The notes beneath the pieces were generated by a model, which was not told where the DNA came from, did no database searches, and saw only the letters and a list, made by a program, of their open reading frames with translations. This document shows, one piece after another, positions 40,735 through 51,432 of a DNA stretch of 64,000 bases; within the stretch, counting starts at the first letter, position 1; each line of letters begins with the position of its first letter. Source of the stretch: Promethearchaeati archaeon (GTDB lineage Archaea > Asgardarchaeota > Heimdallarchaeia > Heimdallarchaeales > Heimdallarchaeaceae); NCBI GenBank assembly GCA_013166775.1, contig JABLTJ010000004.1, positions 96,001 to 160,000 on the forward strand, in the 5' to 3' direction. The position numbers were made by a program, and so were the translations under genes.

Positions 40735-41619
40735 ATGAGTTCAATGAACGACTGCCCCTACTGTGGTAGACAAATAAGAGCGTCATCAAAGTTCTGCAAA
40801 TATTGTGGTCAAAGCTTGAAGATATGTCCAGAGTGTCAAGAATTAAATAACCATGATGACGCATTTTGTGCTTTATGTGGGACAGATATTTCTAAAGTAG
40901 AAGCATCAGAAACAATTAGATTAGATGAAAGAACTGAAGAGGTGAAAGAACAAGGACAACAAAAAATTGTCATGTGGCCTCCATTATCTCCAGTAAGACA
41001 AATACAACCAAAACCACAATTTAGTGTTTTTGAAGAAGGGACACCCTATAAACCAACATCCATAAAATATCCATATAGTAGAGTACGAGCCTTAGGATTT
41101 TTAGGGGGACCATTACCTACTTCTACAGTATTCAGTGCCACAATTGAGGCATTAGGACTTGCATTAGCTTTAATTGCAGCTGGTGTAGCAATTATTGGGA
41201 TAGGATTAGCTTTCTTTCAGATTCTTATTTTACCAATCATGGCAGGAGTTCTAGGTGGAGCACTTCTACTATCAGCACCATTTTTTGGAATCTATTATGT
41301 CAGTTCAAATTGGTTATACAAAACATTTCAAATCAAGAGGCCAGTTAAATCAATAACAATCATTTGGAATTATGCTTTGGGTACCTTGCTATTCTCTTTG
41401 GTGGGATTAATATTCGCCCCTGTTTTCATTCAAGGCAGTGCTTTATGGATTTCTCTTGCAGTTCTTGGTGGAATAATCTATCTAATGGGTCTAATAATCA
41501 TACCTTTGAAAGCTTTTCTTGCTGATCTTGTATATGTAAAAGCAGCAATGAAACTTCGGGATGAAGGAAAGGACACTAAAGAACAAAAAGAGGATGAAAA
41601 ACCAAAAACCGAAGATTAA
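40735..41619 (+). CDS. double zinc-ribbon membrane protein
   Basis: CPYC, CKYC, CPEC and CALC at the N-terminus; about four C-terminal TM helices. Confidence 0.8.
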   Translation: MSSMNDCPYCGRQIRASSKFCKYCGQSLKICPECQELNNHDDAFCALCGTDISKVEASETIRLDERTEEVKEQGQQKIVMWPPLSPVRQIQPKPQFSVFEEGTPYKPTSIKYPYSRVRALGFLGGPLPTSTVFSATIEALGLALALIAAGVAIIGIGLAFFQILILPIMAGVLGGALLLSAPFFGIYYVSSNWLYKTFQIKRPVKSITIIWNYALGTLLFSLVGLIFAPVFIQGSALWISLAVLGGIIYLMGLIIIPLKAFLADLVYVKAAMKLRDEGKDTKEQKEDEKPKTED

Positions 41620-41681
41620 TTCTAAATCTATAACAGTCCGAAAATCATAAAAAGGTACATTTTTGATATTATTTGATTAAT

Positions 41682-42251
41682 ATGATTGAGAATGCTTCAG
41701 AAGCTGTATATAGAGTTATTAAAGATCGGAGGAGTATAAGATCTTTTATTGACAAAGAAATTCCAGACAGTCTAGTTCAACAGATATTAGAAGCAGGATG
41801 GATGGCTCCATCTGCAGGAAATAGGCAACCAGTGGAGTTTATTGTTGTAAAAGATCCTGCTATAAAACAACGTTTATCAACACAGAAATTCGTAATAGAA
41901 GCTCCAATTGTTATAATTGTTGTAGTCAATTTAGAAAGAACAACATCAAGATATGGGGAAAGAGGAGAGACGATGTATATCTATCATGACTCAGGTTCAG
42001 CGATACAAAATATTCTGCTAATGTGTAAAGCATTAAATCTGGGATCATGTTGGATAGGAGCCTTTAATGATGAAAAAATATCAAGATTTCTAGAGCTACC
42101 AGAAAATGTTTTACCAATGGCAATAATCCCAATAGGATATCCAAATCAAAATCCTGATCCTCCAAGAAAAATTCCATTAGAAAAAATAAGTCATAATGAA
42201 AAATATGAAGAACAGAAAATTAAGGAATATTTAATGTCTCTAGTTGACTGA
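41682..42251 (+). CDS. nitroreductase family protein
   Basis: RRSIRSF, APSAGNRQP, LGSCWIG and IPIGYP motifs. Confidence 0.93.
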   Translation: MIENASEAVYRVIKDRRSIRSFIDKEIPDSLVQQILEAGWMAPSAGNRQPVEFIVVKDPAIKQRLSTQKFVIEAPIVIIVVVNLERTTSRYGERGETMYIYHDSGSAIQNILLMCKALNLGSCWIGAFNDEKISRFLELPENVLPMAIIPIGYPNQNPDPPRKIPLEKISHNEKYEEQKIKEYLMSLVD

Positions 42252-42260
42252 TCCGAATTT

Positions 42261-42809
42261 CTATTCTTTCTTCTGAATTAGTTTTACTTCTTGAGCAGAT
42301 TCATCTAACTCGACTATATCATTATTCCTCAAATCATGTAGAGCTTTGATAATTGCTGCTGGAGTGAAATTTGTTGTTTTAACTAACTCATCTCTAGTCC
42401 AAATTTCTTTATCAACACCTTGAAGCAGTAAAAGAATCTTTGTATGGGGATTAGCTGCAAATACTTTCTCAAAAAGAACAGTATAGATTGCTAGAAGTTC
42501 TTGGATTTCTAGATCCTTTGATCTTTCTTGAGTCATCTCTTCATACATTTCACGTAATCCTTTCATTTGGTTTTCTACGCTTTCAAGTTGTCTCTTATAA
42601 TCAGTAGCTTCTTTTGTGAGTTTTTCAACTTCAGTGCTTTTTTCTTCCAGTTCTTTGATCTTGACTTTCAATTCTTTGTTTTCTTTCACTATATTATCAG
42701 AATAGGAAGACAATTTAGTTAGTACTGAAGGGAGTTGTTCAAATTTATCTTTAATTTGGCTATAGAGTTCTACAAAATTCTCTAGAGGAGTCTTGGTCTC
42801 TGGTTCCAT
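42261..42809 (-). CDS. coiled-coil protein with C-terminal winged-helix domain
   Basis: Heptad region then NPHTKIL..L...RDEL..TT.FT.AAI.KAL.DL...IV; same architecture as 7386-8177. Confidence 0.72.
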   Translation of the reverse strand: MEPETKTPLENFVELYSQIKDKFEQLPSVLTKLSSYSDNIVKENKELKVKIKELEEKSTEVEKLTKEATDYKRQLESVENQMKGLREMYEEMTQERSKDLEIQELLAIYTVLFEKVFAANPHTKILLLLQGVDKEIWTRDELVKTTNFTPAAIIKALHDLRNNDIVELDESAQEVKLIQKKE

Positions 42810-42916
42810 AATGTGTTATAAAACGTAACACATTATTTTAACTTTACGTCACTGTTAAACAAGTAAGTATATCCAGTAGGAAAGATTATTAAATCCTAGC
42901 CCAGTTTTACACTACT

Positions 42917-43633
42917 ATGGATACTATTATTCTTTGTGGCGGTTTAGGAACGAGAATCAGAACTGTAACTCAGGACAGTTATCCTAAAGCAATGATACAA
43001 ATTTCAGGAAAAACAATTCTGGAATGGGAATTATCTTGGCTTCGGAAAAATGAAGTTAAGCATGCTATCCTCGCTGTGAGATATCTTGCAGATTATATAG
43101 AAGAACAATATGGAAGTTGCTTTGAAACTAATTTTGGTGAAATTGAAGTCAGCTATAGCAGAGAGAGGGAAAAACTTGGATCGGGAGGAGCAGTAAAACT
43201 AGCTAACTCACTAGTAACAACAAAACAAGGAATAATTATGAATGGAGATGTAATGACTAATTTCGACTTGCATAAAATGATGCAAGGCCATCGAAAGGAC
43301 AAAATTAAAGGTACAATAGCAATAGCAAAAATGAGAAGTCCATTTGGAATCGTGGAAACTGATAATTCAGGAGCTATTTTTGAATTCAAGGAAAAACCTA
43401 TTTTGGATCATTGGATACATGCAGGAGTTGATATTTTTGAGACGGATGTACTACAAGAGTTTCCAAATACAGGACAAATGGAAGAAACAATTTTTGAAAA
43501 ACTTGCAAATGAAAAGCAACTTAGAGCTTATAATATAGATCCTAAATATTATTGGAAAAGTATCGATAATCCCAAAGATTTTCAAGAAGCTGAAAAAGAC
43601 TGGAAGGGCTTAGATTTAGGAAATTGGTCCTAA
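42917..43633 (+). CDS. sugar-phosphate nucleotidyltransferase
   Basis: ILCGGLGTR.R...PK, EKLGSGGA, NGDV, FKEKP and W.SIDNP.D motifs. Confidence 0.9.
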   Translation: MDTIILCGGLGTRIRTVTQDSYPKAMIQISGKTILEWELSWLRKNEVKHAILAVRYLADYIEEQYGSCFETNFGEIEVSYSREREKLGSGGAVKLANSLVTTKQGIIMNGDVMTNFDLHKMMQGHRKDKIKGTIAIAKMRSPFGIVETDNSGAIFEFKEKPILDHWIHAGVDIFETDVLQEFPNTGQMEETIFEKLANEKQLRAYNIDPKYYWKSIDNPKDFQEAEKDWKGLDLGNWS

Positions 43634-44425
43634 AGTTGAGGGATCCCAATCGAATCTTTTCAGAGAAAAACTTTTCTCAAAACCTATTTTTTTATATAGT
43701 CTCTCTGCACTACTTCTAGACTGAACTTGAAGACAGAATTTTGAAGAAGTGTCTGATTTTATAATAGATTCAATATAATTTGATAAAGTGATACTTGCAT
43801 ATCCCTTCCTTCGAAATTTATGTTTGGTTCCTACTCCATAAAATCCATGATAAGGTTGTTGTCTAAAGACACAAAAACAGCTTACATCTTTTCCAGAAGC
43901 TTTTCCAACATAAAATTCAATTCCATTTTCAGCTTGTTTATTTACCATTGATGAGATATATTTTCTTAAATCATTGGGATAATCGAAAGCATCGAAAAAA
44001 ACATCGACCCATTTGTTAAGATTTCTAATAGTAAGTAGTTCTAGTTCCACTTCTTCACTGGTTCTAAGGTAGGGGAAACCTTCCTTATTCCAAGACATTA
44101 CTGATATATCTATATGATGTGCAATCAATCTTTTTTCTCTTAATATCTTTGAATTTGTTCGAAAATATTCATCAAATGGATGTTTAATGATGAAATACTC
44201 TTTCCCGTCAGCAAAGAAAGAAAATGTATAACTCAGGAACTTATCGAAGTTTTTTTCACCTAACAGAGTCGGTGCAACATAGCTATATGTTTCTATTTTG
44301 TGATTCTTAAGAAAATATCCTAATTCATTCTTTACTGCTATTGAATCTGGCATATAAAAGTAAAAACCATATTCGTTGAGATCTATTAGAGCTCTCTCAT
44401 CTTGAGAATCATTAGAATTTGACAT
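43616..44425 (-). CDS. GNAT-family acetyltransferase
   Basis: VGTKHKFRRKGYA acetyl-CoA motif and LYKKIGF. Confidence 0.82.
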   Translation of the reverse strand: MSNSNDSQDERALIDLNEYGFYFYMPDSIAVKNELGYFLKNHKIETYSYVAPTLLGEKNFDKFLSYTFSFFADGKEYFIIKHPFDEYFRTNSKILREKRLIAHHIDISVMSWNKEGFPYLRTSEEVELELLTIRNLNKWVDVFFDAFDYPNDLRKYISSMVNKQAENGIEFYVGKASGKDVSCFCVFRQQPYHGFYGVGTKHKFRRKGYASITLSNYIESIIKSDTSSKFCLQVQSRSSAERLYKKIGFEKSFSLKRFDWDPSTLGPIS

Positions 44426-44542
44426 AATTACTATGATTATAGTTTCATGTATTAAATTAAATTTTGTCTTTGAACTACAGTAATGTTTACAACGTTAGCA
44501 AAAAACATTTAAAGATACAGAATTTCTGGAGTTTGAATCTGA

Positions 44543-44842
44543 ATGAGCTCTAAAGATAAAGGAGAACGAAAAGAATTCATAAGACAGATAATCCGTGGTG
44601 TAAGTGGAGCATTAGTTCTTATATTTCTACTAATAATCTGGTTTACTTGGGATGGGATATATAATTGGTTTTACACAAAAGTAGCTCCGGGAGCTAATTT
44701 AAGTGAAGGTATTCGTGGTGATCCTCTTTTATTATTCTGGCTGGTAATTCTCTTCCCATTACTCGCAGGTGGTATAGCTTTAGTAGTTAGCGGAGGATGG
44801 AAAGCTTACAGAATAGCTGTTCCTCCATCAGAAGAGGATTAA
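44543..44842 (+). CDS. small two-TM membrane protein
   Basis: 99 aa with two hydrophobic helices; GGAG upstream. Confidence 0.7.
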   Translation: MSSKDKGERKEFIRQIIRGVSGALVLIFLLIIWFTWDGIYNWFYTKVAPGANLSEGIRGDPLLLFWLVILFPLLAGGIALVVSGGWKAYRIAVPPSEED

Positions 44843-44979
44843 ACGCTTTATTAAGTCATTTTTTCCCCAGTTTTTCACTTTGAACTATCACTGGATACTT
44901 TCAAAAAATTATTAATTGCATATAATTATATGTGAACGGGGTATACTGATTCAATAAGTAAAAAACTAGGTGGTTTGGG

Positions 44980-46002
44980 ATGTTCTCATATTTGGATGCG
45001 GATGTAGTTCCTATTATTCTGAAAATGTTTAGGGATAACCTATGTATACAAGAGAATGAGAAGATGATAATTGCAACAGATTATGCTAGACCAAAGGATA
45101 TGATGATTAAACCTGTTGAGATTCTAGAGAAAATTATAAGAAGAAATTTCCTAGCAAGGAGAATTCAAGAGATAGCTAAAGATAATTACCCTAATAATGA
45201 GATAGATTTGTTTTGTTATCCATGCCCTTGGGAGCAATATCCTTCACTAGATGAGGAAATTAAGAATCATATGTTTAATTATGATTTAATTTATGTTATT
45301 TCAAAATTTTCAGTTTACAAGTCTTTTTCATCCAAAGAACTTGAAAAACATGAAATAAGAGCAGCTTTCTCTCCTGGACTTGAAACAACGCTTTTTCTTC
45401 CAGAGGGACCTATGGATATGGATTTTCAAAAATTAGAAAGAGAAGCAATGACCTTGTATAGTAAATGCAAGAAAGCTGAAAAAATTAGAATCTATACCGA
45501 TTTAGGAACAGAAATTATAGTGGAACCTGATCCCAAGCATATCAAATACGAAACAGGAATATTATCTTATCCTGGAAAGAAAGCGAATTTTCCACCAGGT
45601 GAAGTTACAATAAGCAGAGCTAATATCAACGGTGTTTATACTATTCCAAAAGGATGGATAGAGGGAATAACTGCACAAGTAAAATTGGAAATAAAGGATT
45701 CAAATATTATTGCAATCTTGAGTGATGAGGAATCAGTTAGGAAGCTTCAAAGATGGTTTGGAGGAAGTTTACCATACACGATAAACAGCTTAGCTGTAGG
45801 ATTAAACGAAAATGCCAAGAATCCATTTAACCAGTTAGAGCTAGAAAAAATGAAAGGTGTGGCTAATCTTGCAGGAACTCTTAAAAAACAAACAATAAGT
45901 CCTTTTGAAACTTTCACTTTTGCAGGTCATTTTCCTACACCAAATATCTATCTTGAGATTGAAGAAGAATTAGTAATTAAGAATGGAAAATTACTATTCT
46001 AG
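44980..46002 (+). CDS. M29/leucyl-aminopeptidase-like protein, metal ligands partly lost
   Basis: GT.I, NFPPGEV, AVGLN..A and ELEK.KG motifs. Confidence 0.65.
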   Translation: MFSYLDADVVPIILKMFRDNLCIQENEKMIIATDYARPKDMMIKPVEILEKIIRRNFLARRIQEIAKDNYPNNEIDLFCYPCPWEQYPSLDEEIKNHMFNYDLIYVISKFSVYKSFSSKELEKHEIRAAFSPGLETTLFLPEGPMDMDFQKLEREAMTLYSKCKKAEKIRIYTDLGTEIIVEPDPKHIKYETGILSYPGKKANFPPGEVTISRANINGVYTIPKGWIEGITAQVKLEIKDSNIIAILSDEESVRKLQRWFGGSLPYTINSLAVGLNENAKNPFNQLELEKMKGVANLAGTLKKQTISPFETFTFAGHFPTPNIYLEIEEELVIKNGKLLF

Positions 46003-46055
46003 ATTCTGAATTAAGACTAGAAAAATAAATAATCTAGCAAGTTTCTATTTCTTCC

Positions 46056-46508
46056 ATGGGAGAAAAAATAAACAAAGATTTAGGTGTAAACAATTATTGT
46101 TTCGGTTGTGGTGAAGAGAACCCAATAGGAGCAAAGTTAGATTTCTACAAGATCTCAGATAATAGCTTAAAATCAACATTTACTATTCCCCTTACATGGG
46201 GAGGATGGGGAGATATTGCTCACGGGGGATTACAAACTGTTTTGTTAGATGAGGTTTCAGGATGGTCTATCATTAGTCTTTTAGATAAATATGCATTAAC
46301 TATTAATTTACAAATGAAATTTTTCAAACCTATTTACGTTGGTGAAACTATCGTAGCTGTTAGTAAAATTGAAAATATCCAAGGAAGAAATATAACAGTA
46401 AAAAGCAGTCTAAATAATGAAAATGGAGATGAGTGCACCAAAGGGATATTCGTTTTTAGGGAAGTGGGAAAAGAAAAAATTGAAAGATTGATAAGGAAGA
46501 ACAGCTAG
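46056..46508 (+). CDS. PaaI-family (hotdog) thioesterase
   Basis: CFGCGEENPIG and HGG....LLDE motifs. Confidence 0.9.
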   Translation: MGEKINKDLGVNNYCFGCGEENPIGAKLDFYKISDNSLKSTFTIPLTWGGWGDIAHGGLQTVLLDEVSGWSIISLLDKYALTINLQMKFFKPIYVGETIVAVSKIENIQGRNITVKSSLNNENGDECTKGIFVFREVGKEKIERLIRKNS

Positions 46509-46717
46509 CAGCTGGTGTGTTCGATTGCTTCTGTTGGACATGCAGTTACACAAGCACAACATTCAATACAATCATCAACATTTGATGCAAAAGATTTTCC
46601 ATCTTTTAATTCAAAGACGTCAGAGGGGCATACATCGACACAATCACCTGCTCCAGTACATTTGTCATGATCAATCTTTATTGTCCAATCATCCGAAACA
46701 AATTCTTTTATAGACAT
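46505..46717 (-). CDS. dicluster ferredoxin
   Basis: CTGAGDCVDVCP (second Cys missing, 3Fe-4S-like) and CIECCACVTACP. Confidence 0.9.
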   Translation of the reverse strand: MSIKEFVSDDWTIKIDHDKCTGAGDCVDVCPSDVFELKDGKSFASNVDDCIECCACVTACPTEAIEHTSC

Positions 46718-46815
46718 TAGTATCAAAATGGATTAATCTTTCTTATTTTTATACTTTCTTCACAAATAAAAAAAAGCTCCACAAAATATATGATATACAT
46801 TGAGATTGTTGTATC

Positions 46816-47568
46816 ATGGATTTCAAAGACAAGACTGTAATCGTCACCGGAGCGAGTTCAGGAATTGGTGAAGCGACAGTTAAAGCTTTCATAAAAAGAC
46901 AAGCAAATGTGCTGATGGTAGCAAGATCAGAAGATAAACTCAAAGAACTATCAGATGGAGTGTACTCTAGATATTTAGCCTTAGATTTAACAGATGAAAA
47001 AGCAGCAGAGAAGATTGTAGGTGAAGCAACTATAGAATGGGAGAGGATTGATATTGTGGTAAATGCTGCAGGAATTCTTCAAACAGGTTCCATTATGAAT
47101 ACTTCACTAGAAGATTTTGATTATATGATGAACATAAACATGAGATCTGTATTTTCTATCATGCAAACTGCAATACCGTTTCTAAAGGAAACGAAAGGGA
47201 ATATAGTAAATGTTTCAAGTGTTGTTGGATTGAGAGCTTTTCCGAACATTCTTTCCTATTGTGTAAGTAAAGCAGCTTTAGATCATCTAACAAGGTGTTC
47301 AGCTTTGGAATTAGCACCCTTCGGAATCAGAGTTAATGCAGTGAATCCAGGAGTTATTACAACAAACCTTCACAAAGCAAGCGGAATGGATGAAAAATCG
47401 TATGAAAACTTTCTAGAACATAGTAAAACAACTCATCCTTTAGGAAGAGTTGGGGAACCAGAAGAAGTAGCGGAGCTAATACTTTTCTTAGCTTCAGACA
47501 AAGCAGGATGGATTACTGGAGAAACAGTCAGCATTGATGGGGGAAGATTCTTAACTTGTTTACGCTAG
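46816..47568 (+). CDS. short-chain dehydrogenase/reductase
   Basis: TGASSGIG, VNAAG, YCVSK catalytic motif, VNPG and IDGG. Confidence 0.94.
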   Translation: MDFKDKTVIVTGASSGIGEATVKAFIKRQANVLMVARSEDKLKELSDGVYSRYLALDLTDEKAAEKIVGEATIEWERIDIVVNAAGILQTGSIMNTSLEDFDYMMNINMRSVFSIMQTAIPFLKETKGNIVNVSSVVGLRAFPNILSYCVSKAALDHLTRCSALELAPFGIRVNAVNPGVITTNLHKASGMDEKSYENFLEHSKTTHPLGRVGEPEEVAELILFLASDKAGWITGETVSIDGGRFLTCLR

Positions 47569-49016
47569 CCTAAAACGAATTTTCCTCCAAGTTTTTTCAC
47601 TACTGTATTTGAATGAAAATCTCCAAATACTTTAGGAGTCTCAGTATGAATAGGTATAAGTGTTTTAGGTGAGATTTGATCAACCATTTCTTTGATTTCA
47701 AATCCTGAAGCATGACCAGAACAATGAATTTGTTCATAAGGATAAAGATTGAATAATTTCAACCAATTATCAGCTTTCACTTTCTCTATTTCCATTTCCT
47801 CATCTACTGGTTCTGTAACAGATCTGATATACTTAGAACCCTCAGGAGGTTCAACATCAAACAGGAATTTCAACTCATAAAAATCACATCTAAAGATGTA
47901 GTCTGTTGGATTTTCTTTGATGTCTTCATCAGTAACACTATTTGATTTGTTAATTAATTCTGCTTCCCAATATTGATAATCTTTCATTTGAACATAGTCT
48001 GGATAATTGTCATCGTTTAATATTCCCCAACCTTTCCGTGGAATGAAAATATTAATCTCATCTAATCTAGGAACCTCAGCTCCACAGCATTGTTCTAGAA
48101 GACTCAAGGTGTAAGCTTGTTTCATATTTATAACTAGTTTCCTATCTACAGATTTTGCAGCAGCAATAAAAGATTTCATTCTGTCAGTATCTCTGACAGG
48201 AAAATTAACAATAATTAAACCAGAAATATCGGATACAAGAGAATAAAGTTTACGTTCGAGATCTAATTCACCAAAAGTAGTTTTATCACCGATTCTTGTC
48301 CCTTCACTCATCATTACTACTGGATCAAATTCCGCAGCTTTTTCCACAAATAATTTACTATAATTAGCTTTTCTCCCATGAAAACGAATATCACCAGTAT
48401 AAACAATTGCTCCTTCAGATGTTTCTATTACAAATGAATTTGCTCCCGCAACTGAATGATCAACTGGAAAGGTATGAATGGTTAAATCATCTATAGTAAA
48501 TTTTGGTTTGAATAGATTTAATTGTCTAGGAATAATAGATTTGTATTCCCTTACTTTTTTTGTAGGATCAGTTTTGCTATCCCGAATCTTGAAAGCTTCT
48601 TTTATCTTTGTGTATTCATGAAAACCTGATCCTGTTTCCTCTAAAGCTTGAAGGATGCTTTTGCATCCTGGTGAGCAATGAACTGGAATCTCTGTTCTGA
48701 TATAAGATAAAAATCCAGCGTGATCTAAATGAGGATGAGAAAGAACTACCCCATCATATTCTGGTTCTGTTTTACTTTCTCTTAACCTATTTTCAAAATC
48801 AGGACGATATAGTCCTTCAAGGTCGGGAAGTATCCCCAATTTTGTAAAATCACTGATATAACTCCATTTGCGAGGTTGTAAATACGGTGTGAAATAACTC
48901 CCCCATTTTGAAAAACTTAAACCAAAATCTAGAAAGATTTTTGTATCTTTATCTTCGACAAGGATTTTGTTTCCTCCAATTTCTCCCGCTGCTCCATGAA
49001 TAGTAACTGATGTCAT
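47565..49016 (-). CDS. metallo-beta-lactamase/beta-CASP hydrolase, RNase J-like
   Basis: EIGGN, LDFG, SHPHLDH, VDHS, YTGD, HCSGHA and IPIHTE motifs. Confidence 0.88.
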   Translation of the reverse strand: MTSVTIHGAAGEIGGNKILVEDKDTKIFLDFGLSFSKWGSYFTPYLQPRKWSYISDFTKLGILPDLEGLYRPDFENRLRESKTEPEYDGVVLSHPHLDHAGFLSYIRTEIPVHCSPGCKSILQALEETGSGFHEYTKIKEAFKIRDSKTDPTKKVREYKSIIPRQLNLFKPKFTIDDLTIHTFPVDHSVAGANSFVIETSEGAIVYTGDIRFHGRKANYSKLFVEKAAEFDPVVMMSEGTRIGDKTTFGELDLERKLYSLVSDISGLIIVNFPVRDTDRMKSFIAAAKSVDRKLVINMKQAYTLSLLEQCCGAEVPRLDEINIFIPRKGWGILNDDNYPDYVQMKDYQYWEAELINKSNSVTDEDIKENPTDYIFRCDFYELKFLFDVEPPEGSKYIRSVTEPVDEEMEIEKVKADNWLKLFNLYPYEQIHCSGHASGFEIKEMVDQISPKTLIPIHTETPKVFGDFHSNTVVKKLGGKFVLG

Positions 49017-49115
49017 CTATTAACTTCTAGAGTATTCAGTTAAAAAATATGCTGGAAAAAATGACTAATTTTGTCTTTGCTGAATATTTTAATAAACATT
49101 TGTTACTGTTTTACC

Positions 49116-49403
49116 ATGAGTATTCTTCGATGCCCAAAATGCAATAATATACTTGATACATATATTGGAGTTTTAAGTCCAATGGAAGTCGTGGCAGCTG
49201 ATATGCTATAAAAAGGGATTATCTTCCATTGTCCAGGATGTCATTCTCGAAATTATCACTCTTCTGACTTAACATGCCCACAATGTAACACTCAAAGCTT
49301 GGGTTCGTCAATAAGTGAAGAAAAGATTCCTGGTCAGATTATGAAGAAAGTTGAGGGATCAATTTATTGTCTTAATTGTGAGTTCAAATTAGCAGTCTGG
49401 TAA
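49116..49403 (+). pseudogene. four-CxxC zinc-ribbon protein interrupted by one in-frame TAA
   Basis: MSILRCPKC...ADML*KGIIFHCPGC..CPQC...CLNC...W*; stop at 49209-49211; not in the ORF track. Confidence 0.7.
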
Positions 49404-49423
49404 ATAGTGTTTCTTAATCAGAT

Positions 49424-50407
49424 TTATCGTTCAACTACAAGTTCAACTATATCGGTATCAGCTAAAGTATGATCTAAACCTACCTGTTGTCCTTCAAATT
49501 CAGCAGATGGTCCCCATACACGAGCGAATCGGAATCTGCTTAAGAAGCTTGTATGAATTCTTTCAGCAACATCAGTTATAGTACCACCTTCAGGAAGAAC
49601 AAATGGTTGTTCTAAATCAGCTTTTTGTCCAGGTTTCTTAGTATAGATTCTTATTATTTCTAGTTGTTCAAATAATGCTTTTTTGAGATTCTCTAACGAA
49701 TCATCGAACTTTATTGAGACAGGGCAGATAGGAAGAGAAGTAATTTCTTTCAACTTACTAAATTTCTCTTCAGATCCAGGTAGATCTCCTTTGGTAGCAA
49801 TGATACTCAACTTATAATGAGTCTCACCGTCCACCACTAGTTTTGAATCTTCTAGTTGTTGCATTAGAAAATTATATTGTCTATCTATATCCAATGATAA
49901 ATCTATAACCATCATAATAGCATCACTAGTTCTAGCAACACGAACAATTTGTCTGTTAACTCCCCAATCGTCTTTGAAATCAAGGAAACCGGGAACATCG
50001 ATAATCTGTATCTTCAAATTCTCATATTCTAGAGTACCCGCATGTGCTACTCGAGTAGTGTGCAGATAAGCACCTATTTTGACATCAGTATTAGTTATTG
50101 CATTCATTAGAGTACTTTTGCCTACGTTTGAAAGCCCAAAGAGTGCGATACGTCCATCCCCTGAAGCAGGAATATGGAAAGGATCATGTACTCTAGTTTT
50201 CGCCTTAGGTTTTATTTTTAGTTCATCAATCATATTTTCTAATTCTCGAAGCTGAAGTTGAAACACCCCAAGTTTATCGAGTTTTTTATCGCGAATATCT
50301 TGGATTATATCCTCTAATTCGGCTAAGAGTTCTTTTCCTTCAAGATTCCAAATTCTTCGAGCAATTTTGAATCGATACCATTTGAGTTTGGTGTATTCTT
50401 TTTTCAT
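49424..50407 (-). CDS. DRG/OBG-family GTPase with TGS domain
   Basis: GLSNVGKST, DVPG, TKGD, IRIYTKKPG, ARVWGPS and VGLDH.L.D.D; GGAGGTG SD upstream. Confidence 0.9.
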   Translation of the reverse strand: MKKEYTKLKWYRFKIARRIWNLEGKELLAELEDIIQDIRDKKLDKLGVFQLQLRELENMIDELKIKPKAKTRVHDPFHIPASGDGRIALFGLSNVGKSTLMNAITNTDVKIGAYLHTTRVAHAGTLEYENLKIQIIDVPGFLDFKDDWGVNRQIVRVARTSDAIMMVIDLSLDIDRQYNFLMQQLEDSKLVVDGETHYKLSIIATKGDLPGSEEKFSKLKEITSLPICPVSIKFDDSLENLKKALFEQLEIIRIYTKKPGQKADLEQPFVLPEGGTITDVAERIHTSFLSRFRFARVWGPSAEFEGQQVGLDHTLADTDIVELVVER

Positions 50408-50768
50408 TCAAACACCTCCATTTTCTTTTAATTCTATTTCAATTTTTTTCTTAGTTTTAGTAAATTTATGGAAAACTAGTAGCTTGTGAGTGTGATTGAA
50501 TATCATTGAAACTGATTTAGATGAAAAATCAACGAAAACAATGACAACTACTCGCTACTAATCTAATAATATACAGGATAGTAGGAGCGAGTTCCCCTCG
50601 CATGAAGTTATTCTGCAAGAAGATAAGGTTTCATTGTTATCAAGTGAAAAACAACCTCCAACACATATAAATTTATCTAGAATTGAGTACAACTAATTCG
50701 GCTAAATATCTAAGAAAGGAGAACAGATTGGAATCATATTAAAATGGAACTCTAAAGAGAGGGAATAA

Positions 50769-51320
50769 ATGTCTTTTAGTAAATTGAAGAAGAAAAAGAA
50801 CTTAGCAACTTTAATCTTGCTATCAATATTGTTTGTTCTGGCATCAGTTATATTACAAGCAAAAGAGAAAAAGGTAATAGATACAATTGACACTACCGAA
50901 GGGATTTTCTGTTATACCTCCAATCTTAATACACTTTTTCTCTATTATGAAGTTAGAGTCGAACCGGGAGAAATTACTAATTTTTATGAAATCCTTCTGA
51001 ATAGCTCATTACTTATTCCCTCTAATTGGGGAGTAGAAGTAACAGTTTACGACGATAAAAGTGAAGAAATCGAAGGAAACAGAATTAATAACATACTCAC
51101 TTATCAATGCTCAACAAGAAATATGACTTTTATTGTTTATCAAAATTCTTACCTTCTTGTTTCTTTTACAATAGAAGTTGAAGCGTTTTATTATGAAGCT
51201 TCAACAATAATTCTATACATATTCTTATCATTTATTTTCATATGGATAAACTATTTGACCTATGTTCTGATAAAACGAAGAAAGGAAACAGAAAAATGGT
51301 TTAAACCATTTAGTAGATAA
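50769..51320 (+). CDS. hypothetical membrane protein with N- and C-terminal TM helices
   Basis: Hydrophobic segments at both ends around a beta-rich domain. Confidence 0.65.
   Translation: MSFSKLKKKKNLATLILLSILFVLASVILQAKEKKVIDTIDTTEGIFCYTSNLNTLFLYYEVRVEPGEITNFYEILLNSSLLIPSNWGVEVTVYDDKSEEIEGNRINNILTYQCSTRNMTFIVYQNSYLLVSFTIEVEAFYYEASTIILYIFLSFIFIWINYLTYVLIKRRKETEKWFKPFSR
51285..51313. repeat. 29-bp direct repeat, copy 1, containing an 18-bp perfect palindrome
   Basis: gaaacagaaaaatggtttaaaccatttag; palindrome aaatggtttaaaccattt at 51294-51311. Confidence 0.85.
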
Positions 51321-51432
51321 TCACTATCTGGTAAAAAATGAATTCCAAAATTCAGTAAAAAAAACTTATTTCTTTGCTTCTAACTACACAGATTTTTAAA
51401 ATTCATGCGAATTATTTTTCCTCTCCAAGATA

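Noticed and set aside
50550-50592. Imperfect hairpin actcgctacta...tagtaggagcgagt in a 360-bp intergenic gap
   Set aside because: Single bulged stem with no tRNA, SRP or C/D-box features; cannot support an ncRNA call
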